DNA from: an uncultured Clostridium sp.
GTDB taxonomy: Bacteria > Bacillota > Clostridia > TANB77 > CAG-508
Length of the DNA: 64,000 bases
Assembly (NCBI GenBank): GCA_948469315.1
Contig: CAOKLQ010000002.1
Coordinates: 80,211-144,210 of the forward strand
Direction: 5' to 3'
In this document: positions 39,783-50,338 of the stretch, piece after piece
Numbering within the stretch: the first letter of the stretch is position 1
Layout: each line of letters opens with the position of its first letter
The notes under the pieces: model-generated
The model's input: the letters and a program-made list of their open reading frames with translations, nothing else
Told to the model about the DNA's origin: nothing
The model's database searches: none
Translations under genes and position numbers: made by a program

Positions 39783-41010
39783 TTAATTTTGCTTATCTTT
39801 ATACATATTTATAATATCTCTAAAACTCATTTTTGTTCCATAATTTAATATTGCATTTGAGTAAATCTTTATTGTAATTTTAGCTATAGCAAGTAATGTA
39901 ATTATTAAAATTGCAATAGATATAGCAATTTCTTTTCCACTTGCAAGTCCCATCATTATTCTAAATGGCATACAAAATGGTGCAGATATTGGAAAATATG
40001 CTGCAAATAAATTAAGATTACTTGTAGGATTCATCATTGTAAAATAAGATAAATAAAATCCTATTACTGCAATTATACTAACTGGTCCATTTGCTGATTG
40101 TATATCTTCTGGCTTACTTACAGTTGAACCTGTTAGAGCATATAATAAGCTATATTCAAAATATCCTAATATAAAATATATTATAGTCATTATTCCTAAA
40201 GACCATGTAATGTTTGACATATCTAATACAGAATTTATAATTTCTGGCTCTAAAAATACTTTAGCACAAATTAAAGCTGTTCCTACAATTAATATTAATT
40301 GTACTAGTCCGAACTACTCCCATCCCAATTGTTTTTCCAATCACTATTGTTCTAGGACTTGTAGATGTTACTAATGTTTCCATTATTTTTGATGTTTTTT
40401 CTGTTGTTATTGAACTTGAAACTTGATATGCACAAAAATATACTGCATAAAATAATACTATTGACATTAGCATCATTACAAATATATTTCCACTTGCTTT
40501 TTCTTCCTCTGTTTGCTCTAAACTAAATTCAAAATTAGGCGTAATTGATTGTAATTCTTCTTGACTTAACCCTAATTTACTAATTTGCATATTAGAATAT
40601 AGAGAGTTTATAGCATTTACTATATTTTCTGGTACCTCTTTCATCATATTCATATTTTTTACTATGTATCTTATTTTTAAATTATCATCTTGTTTTTCTA
40701 TTATTATAGCATCCTCAATTTGCTTATCTTCTATTTTTTGTTTTATTTCATCAAATGATAGATTTTGTATTTCTATTTCATCTCTTAGGTTTAGCTGTTT
40801 TAATAATTCTAGATTTCCTTCAAATATATTTTTGCTATCTACTATTAAAAGCTTATGTGCTGAATCTTCTCCTTTAATATTTTTTATTATATTTGGTACA
40901 TTAAAACCTACTACTATTAATATTAAAATAATTAATGTTGATATAATAAATGATTTTCTTTTTGCCATATCTTTTATTGTAAATTCCATTACTGTTAATA
41001 TATCTTTCAT
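39783..41010 (-). CDS. ABC-2 type permease; frame interrupted at in-frame CGG 40311..40309
   Basis: ..GKTIGMGVV, then the +1 frame GLVQLILIVGTALICAKVFLEPEIINSVLDMSNITWSLGIM... Confidence 0.65.
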
Positions 41011-41060
41011 ATTATTAATCCTCTCCTTTATAAATTAATTAAGAAAATAAATAAGTATCA

Positions 41061-41955
41061 CTAGGCCAAATTCACCTTTTCTATGAATATATCATTAAGA
41101 GTTGGCTTTTTAATTTCAAATTTATCAACTTTTACTCCTTGTGCAATTAATTTATTTAAAAGTTTGTGTGCTTTTTCTTCATCTGATATTTTAATAATAT
41201 AATTATTATTTGCCTCGTTTTCTATTTCTAAATCAAATTCTTTAATATAACTAGTTATATCTTGATTCGCATTTATTTCTACTCTATTTGCAGGATATGT
41301 TTGTTTTATTTGCTTTAAATTTCCTTGAAGAACTGTTTTTCCTTTATTTAATATCAAAATATCACTGCAAAATTCTTCTATTGTGGCCATTTGATGTGCT
41401 GACATTATTACATATTTTTTATCTTTTACTAAATTAATTATAATATTTTTTAAAATTTGAGTATTCACAGGATCTAATCCACTAAATGGTTCATCTAATA
41501 CAATAAGTTCTGGATTATGTATTACTGCTGTCATAAATTGTATTTTTTGCTGATTTCCCTTTGATAATTTTTCAGCAGGTAACTTCATGTATTCTTCCAC
41601 TTTTAATTCTTTTGCCCATTTATTTATTGAATCTTGTGCATCTTTTGCACTCATTCCTTTTAATTTTGCAAAATACATTAATTGGTCAAATATTTTTGTT
41701 TTTGGATATACTCCTCTTTCTTCTGGCAAATATCCAAAATTCACATTTTTTCTATCTACTGCTTTTCCTTTCCAGGTAATTTGTCCTTCATCTTTTTTTA
41801 TAATTCCAAGTAACATTCTAATTGTTGTAGTCTTCCCTGCTCCATTTGTACCGAAGTAAACCATATACACCTGGCTTTTCCAATCTAAATGAAATATTAT
41901 CTACCGCCTTTTTTCCTACAAATGTTTTTGATACATTTTCTAATACTAAACTCAT
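41061..41955 (-). CDS. ABC transporter ATP-binding protein; frame interrupted at in-frame CGG 41854..41852
   Basis: MSLVLENVSKTFVGKKAVDNISFRLEKPGVYGLL, then the +1 frame GTNGAGKTTT. LSKGNQQK signature and Walker B LDEP. Confidence 0.85.
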
Positions 41956-42202
41956 TTTTTCTCCTTTCTCTACTATTTAATTATAGTAATTTCCAAGTAC
42001 ATATTAGCATAAAATAAAGCGGTTGTAAATAAACAGCTTCCCTTTTATGTTGATTTTATTATAATAAAAATATAAGAATTACTTTTAAACCTACTCTACA
42101 TATTGCTATTACATGTATTACATTATGTTTATAAAACCTATAGTCTTAAACTCTGTAACTGCATTTACATACATTTATGGTAATTCTTCTCTTTTAGTAT
42201 AA

Positions 42203-42397
42203 TTATTTTTTTGTTAATTCATAACTCTGCTCTAAAAGCTCTTTTATTATCCATTCATCTGCTTTTTCATCTACAATTATTGTATTCCAATGTTCCTTAT
42301 TCATGTGATAAGCAGGAATTATATAATTATACGCATTTCTTAATATATCAGAATAACTTGGCTCAGTTTTTACATTTAGATATAATTTTCCCCCCAA
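42203..42397 (-). pseudogene. MmcQ/YjbR-family C-terminal fragment
   Basis: IPAYHMNKEHWNTII motif. The upstream part is in another frame across a G6 run and does not look like a YjbR N-terminus. Confidence 0.45.
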
Positions 42398-42633
42398 TTA
42401 CTAACTTCTTTTAAGTATTCATCTTGTTCTAACTTTTTCATTTCTTTATCTCTGAAATAAATTGTTTTTAGTTTGTTAGCTGATAGTTTCTTACATACAT
42501 CATACGAATCATCTATCATAAAGTCAATTTGTTCTTTAAGAGCTATTTCTAATTTATCTTCTTGATTCCAATAATATTTATTAAATAATAGATTTTCTTC
42601 TTTAAATTTTTCTATTGCAACATCTTTTCACTA

Positions 42634-43203
42634 TTAATTCTCCTTATAGTTATTTAATTTTTTATTTAACTTCCTATAAACATTCTCTATCATCCATTTT
42701 TCATTTACTACTTTTTCTATATCGTCTATATTAATCCATTTAACACCGCTATTTTCATCTTCTTTTATTGTTAATATTTCATTTTCGTCAACTTCTAATA
42801 AATAAGTTAAATTTAAATGAACATGTGAAGATACGTATTTTCCTTTTTTAACATGTCCATCAACACATATTATCTCTAGTGAAAATATATCATCATTAAG
42901 TACTTTTACATTTTTTACTCCACTTTCTTCTTTTAATTCACGAATAGCAGTATTTAGTAAATCAGATTCGCCGTCAGCATGTCCTCCTGTCCAGGCCCAA
43001 GATTTATATATGTTATGATATATCATTAAAACTTTTGTTTTTTGTTTATTAACTACCCAAGAAGATGCTGTAAAATGTCCAAATTCATTATTTCTAGTAA
43101 GTACATCATCAAATGTATTCATATATTTTAATATTGTTTGTTTATCTTTTTCTTCTTGTTCATTAAATGTTTTATAATTTTCTATTTGTTCTTTTAATTT
43201 CAT
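42634..43203 (-). CDS. NUDIX hydrolase
   Basis: Nudix box GGHADGESDLLNTAIRELKEESGV. Confidence 0.85.
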   Translation of the reverse strand: MKLKEQIENYKTFNEQEEKDKQTILKYMNTFDDVLTRNNEFGHFTASSWVVNKQKTKVLMIYHNIYKSWAWTGGHADGESDLLNTAIRELKEESGVKNVKVLNDDIFSLEIICVDGHVKKGKYVSSHVHLNLTYLLEVDENEILTIKEDENSGVKWINIDDIEKVVNEKWMIENVYRKLNKKLNNYKEN

Positions 43204-43218
43204 AATTAATTCTCCTAT

Positions 43219-43611
43219 CTACTCTTTATAATCATAGTCCCATAAACTTAATTTTCCATTTATTGGTATTGGATTGATTTCTTGGACATCTTCTATTTTA
43301 AACCCATATCCTTCCCAATTATCTTTTTGTGCTATGCCTTTGTATACTTTATTGTTTTTTGGTACTACTTGTTTTCTAAATTCATTATCTACATAAATAC
43401 AATCTGTTATTTTCGCTTTTGCTATTATACATCCTGTAGGGTATTCTAATTTTAAGTCTTCAAATCTATGCATTGCTTTTTTATCAATTCCTTTTCCAGC
43501 ATGTATTAAAATATCTCCCCTATATTTTGTTTTCCAGGTTCTAAATTCATATTCTTTGTAACCTTTGGTAATCAGTGTTGCCCATGGTTGTTTTATAGTT
43601 ATAACCTTCAT
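43219..43611 (-). CDS. ASCH-domain protein
   Basis: ITIKQPWATLI..KEYEFRTW.. is typical of the ASCH/PUA-like fold. Confidence 0.7.
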   Translation of the reverse strand: MKVITIKQPWATLITKGYKEYEFRTWKTKYRGDILIHAGKGIDKKAMHRFEDLKLEYPTGCIIAKAKITDCIYVDNEFRKQVVPKNNKVYKGIAQKDNWEGYGFKIEDVQEINPIPINGKLSLWDYDYKE

Positions 43612-43636
43612 AATTTTATATCTCCTATTTTTATAC

Positions 43637-44443
43637 TTATAAAATTATTTCATCAAAATCATTTGGAACATATACATTTCCATTAAAATTTTCTTTAGCT
43701 TCTTTTACATATTCTTCTTTCCTTTTTTCACCAAGATTTTCTTGTGTATGCCATAACACTAAATTTTTTGCACCAACATTTTGTGCTTTTATACTTGCTG
43801 ATTTTTCTGTATCATGATTTTTCTGCCTTGGCTTATATTTATTTGATTCTGTTTCTAAACAAAATGATTCATGCAATAAGTAATCTATATTTCTTACATC
43901 ATCATATAATCTTTCGTCTAATGGTTCGTCTCCAAGAAAAGCAAGTGTTTTGCCATTATTTAATACTGTTTTAAATCCATATTGTTTATCACTTTTTGAT
44001 ATTATATCTAAAAATTCTAACTCATAATTTAAAATCTTAACCTTTTGATGATTTTCAACTATATTTATAAATATTTTCTTATCAATAAATTGTTGTTGTT
44101 CTTTTCTTAACAATGTATGAATTTGATCTCTAACAATATTTCCAACTTCATCATGACAATATATATTTAAATTTCCTTCATAAACTCCTTTTTGCATTGC
44201 TAAATCCACAAATCTATATATCCATAATAAACCATATAAATGGTCAATATGTTTATGAGATATAAATATGTTATGTATTTTGTTTAAATCTATATTTGCT
44301 TTTTTAAATTGTCTTAGAATCCCATTTCCTCCACCTGTATCTACTAACAAATATTCATTTTTGCTATTTTCTAATATAAAACAAGTATTAAAATTTTCTG
44401 TAACACTTGCTGTACCTGTTCCTAAAACTATGATTTTTTCCAT
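43637..44443 (-). CDS. MBL-fold metallo-hydrolase
   Basis: HKHIDH motif. Start set at MEKIIVLGTG. Confidence 0.8.
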   Translation of the reverse strand: MEKIIVLGTGTASVTENFNTCFILENSKNEYLLVDTGGGNGILRQFKKANIDLNKIHNIFISHKHIDHLYGLLWIYRFVDLAMQKGVYEGNLNIYCHDEVGNIVRDQIHTLLRKEQQQFIDKKIFINIVENHQKVKILNYELEFLDIISKSDKQYGFKTVLNNGKTLAFLGDEPLDERLYDDVRNIDYLLHESFCLETESNKYKPRQKNHDTEKSASIKAQNVGAKNLVLWHTQENLGEKRKEEYVKEAKENFNGNVYVPNDFDEIIL

Positions 44444-44444
44444 A

Positions 44445-44549
44445 TTACATTCCTCCATCTACTTTTATAACAGTTCCATTTATATAATTTGCATCTTCTG
44501 ATGCTAGAAATGTTATTACTTTTGCTATTTCTTCTGGCTTAGCAAATCT
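44445..44549 (-). pseudogene. 3' remnant of a short-chain dehydrogenase (SDR) gene
   Basis: Reads [34 protein letters not shown]-stop. Nothing SDR-like lies upstream. The stop is adjacent to the MBL start. Confidence 0.5.
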
Positions 44550-44661
44550 TCTTTTATATATTTTTATTTTAAATAAATATATCATAAGTTTACAATTTTT
44601 ACAATAAAATAAAAGCATATTAATTAGTTTATTGTTTTCATAATCTAATTAATATGCTTAT

Positions 44662-45019
44662 TTACACATCTTTTATATTATCCATAATTTCTTTACATTC
44701 ATTCCAATTTACTACTTTTATAAATTCATATTCTTGTGATAATTTATCTAAAATATTTTTTGTATCATCTCCGAGAATTTAAGTCTGCTATTATTATATT
44801 TTTTACTAATTCTTCCTTTCCATATATTATTCTAAATAATGTTGTTCTTACAAAATATTCTATTTTATTTTCTTGATTTTTAGTTGCAATTATGAAGTAT
44901 ATTCCATCAGATTGCATATTTGTATATGTACATATTTTAAAGACTTCTTTTATTAATTCTATAAAACCATATATTGCAAATATATATATTAAACTATTAA
45001 AGATAAATTCTAACATCAA
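44662..45019 (-). CDS. hypothetical membrane-anchored protein; frame interrupted at in-frame CGG 44773..44771
   Basis: ..NIIIADLNS, then the +1 frame GDDTKNILDKLSQEYEFIKVVNWNECKEIMDNIKDV-stop. Confidence 0.45.
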
Positions 45020-45117
45020 AAATCACCTTCTAACAATATAATATGTTGAAAAGTGATTTTGGTTAAATAATTATATAATATACTTAAAATTTAAGGGCTA
45101 TACAAAATATATTATTT

Positions 45118-46125
45118 TTAGTTTCTTCTTTTTTTGCCATCTAAAGCGTCTAAATTGTCTAATGCTTTTCCTGTTCCTAATGCTACACATGATACTGTAT
45201 CCTCTGCTATCATAACATTTATACCGGTTTTTTCTTGCAAAAGTTTATCTAAACCGTCTACTAAACAACCTCCACCTGTCATATAAATTCCTTTGTCGCT
45301 TATATCTGCTGCAAGTTCTGGTGGTGTTTTTTCTAGTACTGAATGAACTGCATCTACTATCATCATTGCAGGTTCTATCATTGCTTCTAACATTTCACTT
45401 GAATATAGTGTAATTGTTCTTGGAAGTCCTGTAGTTAAATCTCTTCCTCTTATATCCATTTCCATATCTTGAATTTTCGGATATACACATCCTATGTTTA
45501 CTTTTAGATCTTCTGCTGTTCTTTCCCCTATTATTGCATTATGTTTTTTCTTTACATACTTTACAATATATTCATCAAATTTATCTCCTGCAACTTTTAG
45601 TGATGAACTTACAACAGATCCTCCTAATGAAATAACTGCAATATCTGTTGTTCCTCCACCAATATCAACTATCATATTTCCACATGGTTTTGATATATCT
45701 ATTCCAGCTCCTATTGCTGCTGCTATTGGCTCTTCTATTAAATATACTTTTCTTGCACCTGCTTGTGATGCTGCATCTATTACTGCTCTTTTTTCAACTT
45801 CTGTAACTTGTGAAGGTATACATATCATCATTCTCGGAGAAAAAATAAATTTGCCACATACTTTGTTAATAAAATATTTTAACATTCTTTCTGTTACTGT
45901 ATAATCTGAGATTACACCTTCTCTTAGTGGTCTTGTTGCAACAATATTTCCTGGGGTTCTTCCTAACATTCTTCTAGCTTCTTTTCCTACTGCTAAAACT
46001 TCTCCTGATGTTTTATCTACAGCAACAACAGAAGGTTCTCTTAATACTATTCCTTTACCTTTTACATATGCTATAACTGTAGCTGTACCTAAGTCTATAC
46101 CAATATCTTGTCCGAAACCAAACAT
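45118..46125 (-). CDS. mreB: rod-shape determining actin homologue MreB/Mbl
   Basis: GIDLGTA, DIGGGTTD and MTGGG motifs. 335 aa. Confidence 0.9.
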   Translation of the reverse strand: MFGFGQDIGIDLGTATVIAYVKGKGIVLREPSVVAVDKTSGEVLAVGKEARRMLGRTPGNIVATRPLREGVISDYTVTERMLKYFINKVCGKFIFSPRMMICIPSQVTEVEKRAVIDAASQAGARKVYLIEEPIAAAIGAGIDISKPCGNMIVDIGGGTTDIAVISLGGSVVSSSLKVAGDKFDEYIVKYVKKKHNAIIGERTAEDLKVNIGCVYPKIQDMEMDIRGRDLTTGLPRTITLYSSEMLEAMIEPAMMIVDAVHSVLEKTPPELAADISDKGIYMTGGGCLVDGLDKLLQEKTGINVMIAEDTVSCVALGTGKALDNLDALDGKKRRN

Positions 46126-46235
46126 GTAAATCTTCCTTCCTATTTTTATTTTATATTATATTTTTATTACAAAACTGTTACAATTATATTACATGATTAT
46201 AAAAATATCAATACTTATTTAAAAGTTATTATAAT

Positions 46236-46709
46236 TTATCCAAAAAAGTATAAAAAAATAATTGCAGTGGCTAATATAGTAGGTCCATCTATTATTTCAC
46301 TTGATAGTTCATATTTATCTTGTATTTTTTCACTTTCATATATATTTACTTTTTTTACTTCCCAAGCTTTAAACGATATTTTTACATCTCTTGTTTCATT
46401 TACTTTAAAATTATCTATTTTAAAATATTTATTTACTAAACAATTGTTATTTTTTGAATATCCATCTAATAAAATATATTTATTATTAATTTCCTTTTCA
46501 GAATTATTTGTTATTGTTATTTTTGTATAACCATTTACATATGTTGCTTTTGTTTCATTTATTATTATATTTATGTTTTCATTATTTTGGATTTGAGATT
46601 CTATATCTTTATATGTAGATGCAATTATATAAAAATTGCTAAAATCTATTCCTATATATACAATCATCATAATTGCTATCCACATAATTATTTTTTTTAA
46701 TGTTTTCAT
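46236..46709 (-). CDS. hypothetical protein with N- and C-terminal TM helices
   Basis: 157-aa ORF. No family recognised. Confidence 0.4.
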   Translation of the reverse strand: MKTLKKIIMWIAIMMIVYIGIDFSNFYIIASTYKDIESQIQNNENINIIINETKATYVNGYTKITITNNSEKEINNKYILLDGYSKNNNCLVNKYFKIDNFKVNETRDVKISFKAWEVKKVNIYESEKIQDKYELSSEIIDGPTILATAIIFLYFFG

Positions 46710-46801
46710 CTTTTTCTCCTAATTTAAAGATTTATTTACAATTATAAAAATGTACCATAAAGTATATTATTTATGGTACATTTATTTTTTACTCTTTTGT
46801 A

Positions 46802-48238
46802 TTATATTTTTGCAATTCCATTTATTACTTTACTACGTTCAGCAGAATCTAACATTGTCTCTCCACCTGTCATTATGATTAAATCATCTTTTTCTAATAT
46901 TTCTTTTTGTTTTAACTTTTCAATACCTTTTTCGATAGTTTCTTGTATTGATGACCCCTTTTGTACATAAATTGGTGTTACATTCCATACAATTGCTAGT
47001 TGATTATATGTTCTTTTATTATCAGTAATTGCAAGTATTGGACAACCTGCCCCTAAACCTGCAAGTCTTCTTGCTGTATCTCCCGAATTTGTATAACATA
47101 CTATTGCATCTGCATTCATATTCATAGCTGTAACACATGTTGAATATGCTATTTTATCATTTAATGTGTCTAAATTTATATGTGTTTTATTTTTAAATCT
47201 CTTCCAATAGTTTATGTCATTTTCAATTCTTTTTGATATTTTTACCATTGTTTCAACACATTCTACAGGATAATCTCCCATTGCACATTCTCCTGAAAGC
47301 ATTATAGCACTTGTTCTATCATATATTGCATTTGCAACATCACTTGCTTCTGCTCTTGTTGGTAATGGATTATGTGTCATTGATTCTAACATTTGTGTAG
47401 CTGTAATTGCTGGTTTATTTGCATTGTTTGATAATTTAATAAATCTTTTTTGCATAACAGGTGGCTCTGTAAAATCTGTTTCAGTTGCCATATCTCCACG
47501 TGCAATCATTTGAACATCAGCAGTTTTTACTATTTCTTCCATATTTTCAAGACCTTCAACATTTTCAACTTTTGTTATTATTTTTATATCTTTTCCACCA
47601 TTTTCATCTAATACTTTTCTTACTTGGTTAATATCATCTTTATTTCTTGTAAATGACACTGCAACATAATCATAATCGTGTTCACAAGCAGTTTTTAGAT
47701 CATCTATATCTTTTTGTTTTAATGCTGGTAATCTTACTGGTGTTCCAGGTAAATTTATTGTTTTTCTACTTCCTAATCCATTTCCATGTACTACTGTACA
47801 TACAATATCTTTTCCTGCTATTTCATCAACAATAAGTTCAATTGCTCCATCATCTATTAATACTTTTGCTCCTACTTTTATGTCTTTATATAATTCTTTA
47901 TATGATACAGATACTTTATCTTTATCTCCTATGATATCATCATTTACTAATGTAAATTTTTGTCCATCTTCTAACATTATTTTTTCGTTTTTACCTGTTA
48001 CTAACATTCCTGTTCTAATTTCAGGTCCTTGCATATCTAATAATAATGCAACTGGTATATCCATTTGCTCTCTTAATTTTAAAATTGTTTCAGTTTTTTC
48101 TGATTGTTCATCCCAACTTCCATGTGAATAATTTATTCTTGTTACATTTAGTCCTGCTTTAAATAATTCCTCTAATTTGTTTTCACTAGCAGGTCCTATT
48201 GTACCAACTATTTTAGTTTTTCTTAAATCTTTTTTCAT
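46802..48238 (-). CDS. pyk: pyruvate kinase
   Basis: KIVGTIGPAS, MIARGDMA and MLSGE motifs. 478 aa. Confidence 0.9.
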   Translation of the reverse strand: MKKDLRKTKIVGTIGPASENKLEELFKAGLNVTRINYSHGSWDEQSEKTETILKLREQMDIPVALLLDMQGPEIRTGMLVTGKNEKIMLEDGQKFTLVNDDIIGDKDKVSVSYKELYKDIKVGAKVLIDDGAIELIVDEIAGKDIVCTVVHGNGLGSRKTINLPGTPVRLPALKQKDIDDLKTACEHDYDYVAVSFTRNKDDINQVRKVLDENGGKDIKIITKVENVEGLENMEEIVKTADVQMIARGDMATETDFTEPPVMQKRFIKLSNNANKPAITATQMLESMTHNPLPTRAEASDVANAIYDRTSAIMLSGECAMGDYPVECVETMVKISKRIENDINYWKRFKNKTHINLDTLNDKIAYSTCVTAMNMNADAIVCYTNSGDTARRLAGLGAGCPILAITDNKRTYNQLAIVWNVTPIYVQKGSSIQETIEKGIEKLKQKEILEKDDLIIMTGGETMLDSAERSKVINGIAKI

Positions 48239-48480
48239 TCTAATTCCTCCTTAATTTAACGAAAGTTATTATATCATACTAAATTCTAAAAAATCAACAC
48301 ATTTTGTTATTTTTTGTCAATATGTAAATTTTTATTTAATTTTAATATAATATTAAATATTTAATTATAATTTTTCTATAATTATTATATATAAATATTA
48401 ATCTAATTTGTGACTTTTTATTTTGTAACATATTTAGTTATATCTCAATATAATATAAAAAATATATTGGAGGTTATTAT

Positions 48481-48633
48481 ATGGATTATGAAATTATGAT
48501 GAATGGTAATGTTAGAATTGGTATGCAAGCTCCAGACTTTGAAGCTACAAGTTCTATGGGACCTATTTGTTTAAATGATTATAAAGGTAAATGGATTGTA
48601 TTTTTCTCTCACCCTGGAGATTTTACCCCCGTC
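48481..48633 (+). CDS. peroxiredoxin, 5' segment (gene split by a mobile element)
   Basis: ..APDFEA..GKWIVFFSHPGDFTPV, then sequence unrelated to the family and a stop. Confidence 0.8.
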
Positions 48634-48727
48634 TATTCTTACAATTTGGGGAAGGTTGAAAAAATATGAAAATGCCTGATATTGTCTATAAATTTTGATA
48701 TTTATAAGTTAATCAAATTTTGCATTT

Positions 48728-48752
48728 GAGTGGCACAAAATCAATCGTCGAG
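48728..48752 (+). repeat. 25-bp direct repeat, copy 1
   Basis: AGTGGCACAAAATCAATCGTCGAGC, identical to 49527-49551. Confidence 0.85.
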
Positions 48753-48856
48753 CTACACCTATATTTGAAGCAAGAGAAGAAGAATTTGATTTCTATGTAA
48801 AAATATGATAAAATAGGGTTAGTAAAAAAAGTTGAAAAATTATAGGAGGATTTAGC

Positions 48857-49414
48857 ATGAGGATAGTGTATATGCCAGAAGAATGCATTGGAGAGAATAT
48901 TTATCGTAAACGGATAACTCCTTTGCAAGACATAAGAGTCAGGGATTTGAAAGAAGTCCCTAGAGAGGCAACAAGTCAATTTTTCACACTCTTTTTAAGT
49001 TCAAATCTTGATATGATTTATGATCGAGAATTCATCGAGAAATGGGTTATGGAACAGGTAAAAATTTTTCGTAATCCAGAAACTATTAGAAAAGAGTTGG
49101 AAGAGCAAGTTGAAGAAATTAAAACACTCATGAAAACCCAATACATAAAAGAAAATTTGTCTGAATTTGAAAGTGAGGTCTTTTTAAATGGCAAGACAGA
49201 AGTGTTTTATGTAAGTAAAAATCCATTGGGGAAAAACGATGAGCACATAGGCACCGTTTCAGAGTGTAGTTGGTACGATCCAATTCGTGCAACAAGAATT
49301 TCGAATCAAGTAGGCAAATGTAGCGAACAATATGCTGGTGACATTGGGGGCTTTCAAACAGAACTTGACGTGGAATTTGCAGTTTGGCATAATAACGTAT
49401 ATTATTTTTTTTAA
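48857..49414 (+). CDS. hypothetical 185-aa protein (cassette between the 25-bp repeats)
   Basis: AGGAGGA SD. More GC-rich than the surroundings. Hairpin 49466-49491 lies downstream. Confidence 0.45.
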   Translation: MRIVYMPEECIGENIYRKRITPLQDIRVRDLKEVPREATSQFFTLFLSSNLDMIYDREFIEKWVMEQVKIFRNPETIRKELEEQVEEIKTLMKTQYIKENLSEFESEVFLNGKTEVFYVSKNPLGKNDEHIGTVSECSWYDPIRATRISNQVGKCSEQYAGDIGGFQTELDVEFAVWHNNVYYFF

Positions 49415-49526
49415 TCCGATGTCTTATAATTAAAAAAATTTTATACTATTTGTGTAAAGTGCATACATGGGACCTATTTGTAGGTCCCATGTTATATTGG
49501 CGACAACTTATCAAAGTTTATATTTA

Positions 49527-49551
49527 AGTGGCACAAAATCAATCGTCGAGC
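49527..49551 (+). repeat. 25-bp direct repeat, copy 2
   Basis: Identical 25-mer, here continuing into the palindrome CAATCG-tcgag-CGATTG. Confidence 0.85.
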
Positions 49552-49575
49552 GATTGATTGGAAAGAAAATGAATA

Positions 49576-49978
49576 TTGAAAGAATTTAAAGGAGTATGGA
49601 CACCTTATGAAATATTAACAGATATAAAATTAAATAATAAAGAAAAAATAGTTTATTCCATGATTTTATATTTAAGCAAAGAAAAAGAATGTATCATGTC
49701 AAATTTATATATAAGCGAATTGTTAAATATTACTAAAATACAATCATCAAGAATTGTGAATTCACTTAAGAAAAAATACTTATAAAGAAAATTCGAAAGA
49801 AATAGCTTTAAGAAAGATTACACCTATATACAAAAATGTTGATACCTATAAACAAGTTGATACCAAACCTATTAACGTAAATGTTAAAGAAATAAAAAGT
49901 AATAATAAAAATAAATATAAAAGTGACAGAGATTATAGTGATTTTGATTGGACAAGTTTATATGCCAATAACTTTTAA
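49576..49978 (+). pseudogene. phage-type HTH / replication-organiser-like gene, frame broken in an A6 run
   Basis: N-terminal wHTH-like SNLYISELLNITKIQSSRIVNSLKKK. The +1 frame stays open to ..RDYSDFDWTSLYANNF-stop. Confidence 0.4.
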
Positions 49979-50338
49979 GAATTATCTTGACATTAAAAAC
50001 ATTATTTTGAAGGACTAGAAGATGGAATAAAATTAAAAGAAGAATTGAAATAAAAGTGAAAACCAATATGGATTTATCAATTTATATTGGTTCTTTTCTA
50101 GTAAAAAACGAGACATCTATTTGACATCGCTATAAAAAAAGCATATACCGATAAAAGCCACGCTTTTAGGCAGTTGTGTGGGTTGGAGACGTCGCCCTGA
50201 TCCTGCAAAACTGCTTTTGGGCAATTTTGATTATTAGTAAAGCAGAAAAAAATTATAATCAAATAGTAGTTTTATAAAGAGACATGTGGTATAATTTAAA
50301 GAATAATTAGTAATTTGTAGGAAAGGATAAATCTAAAA

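Noticed and set aside
48713-48979. 88-aa minus-strand ORF at the left end of the mobile element.
   Set aside because: It overlaps the start of the better-supported plus-strand ORF (which has an SD) and runs through the 25-bp repeat. It has low-complexity sequence and no SD.
48728-49551. Direct repeats considered as a minimal CRISPR array.
   Set aside because: There are only two copies, about 800 bp apart, flanking a protein-coding ORF. No cas genes are present and there is no regular spacing.
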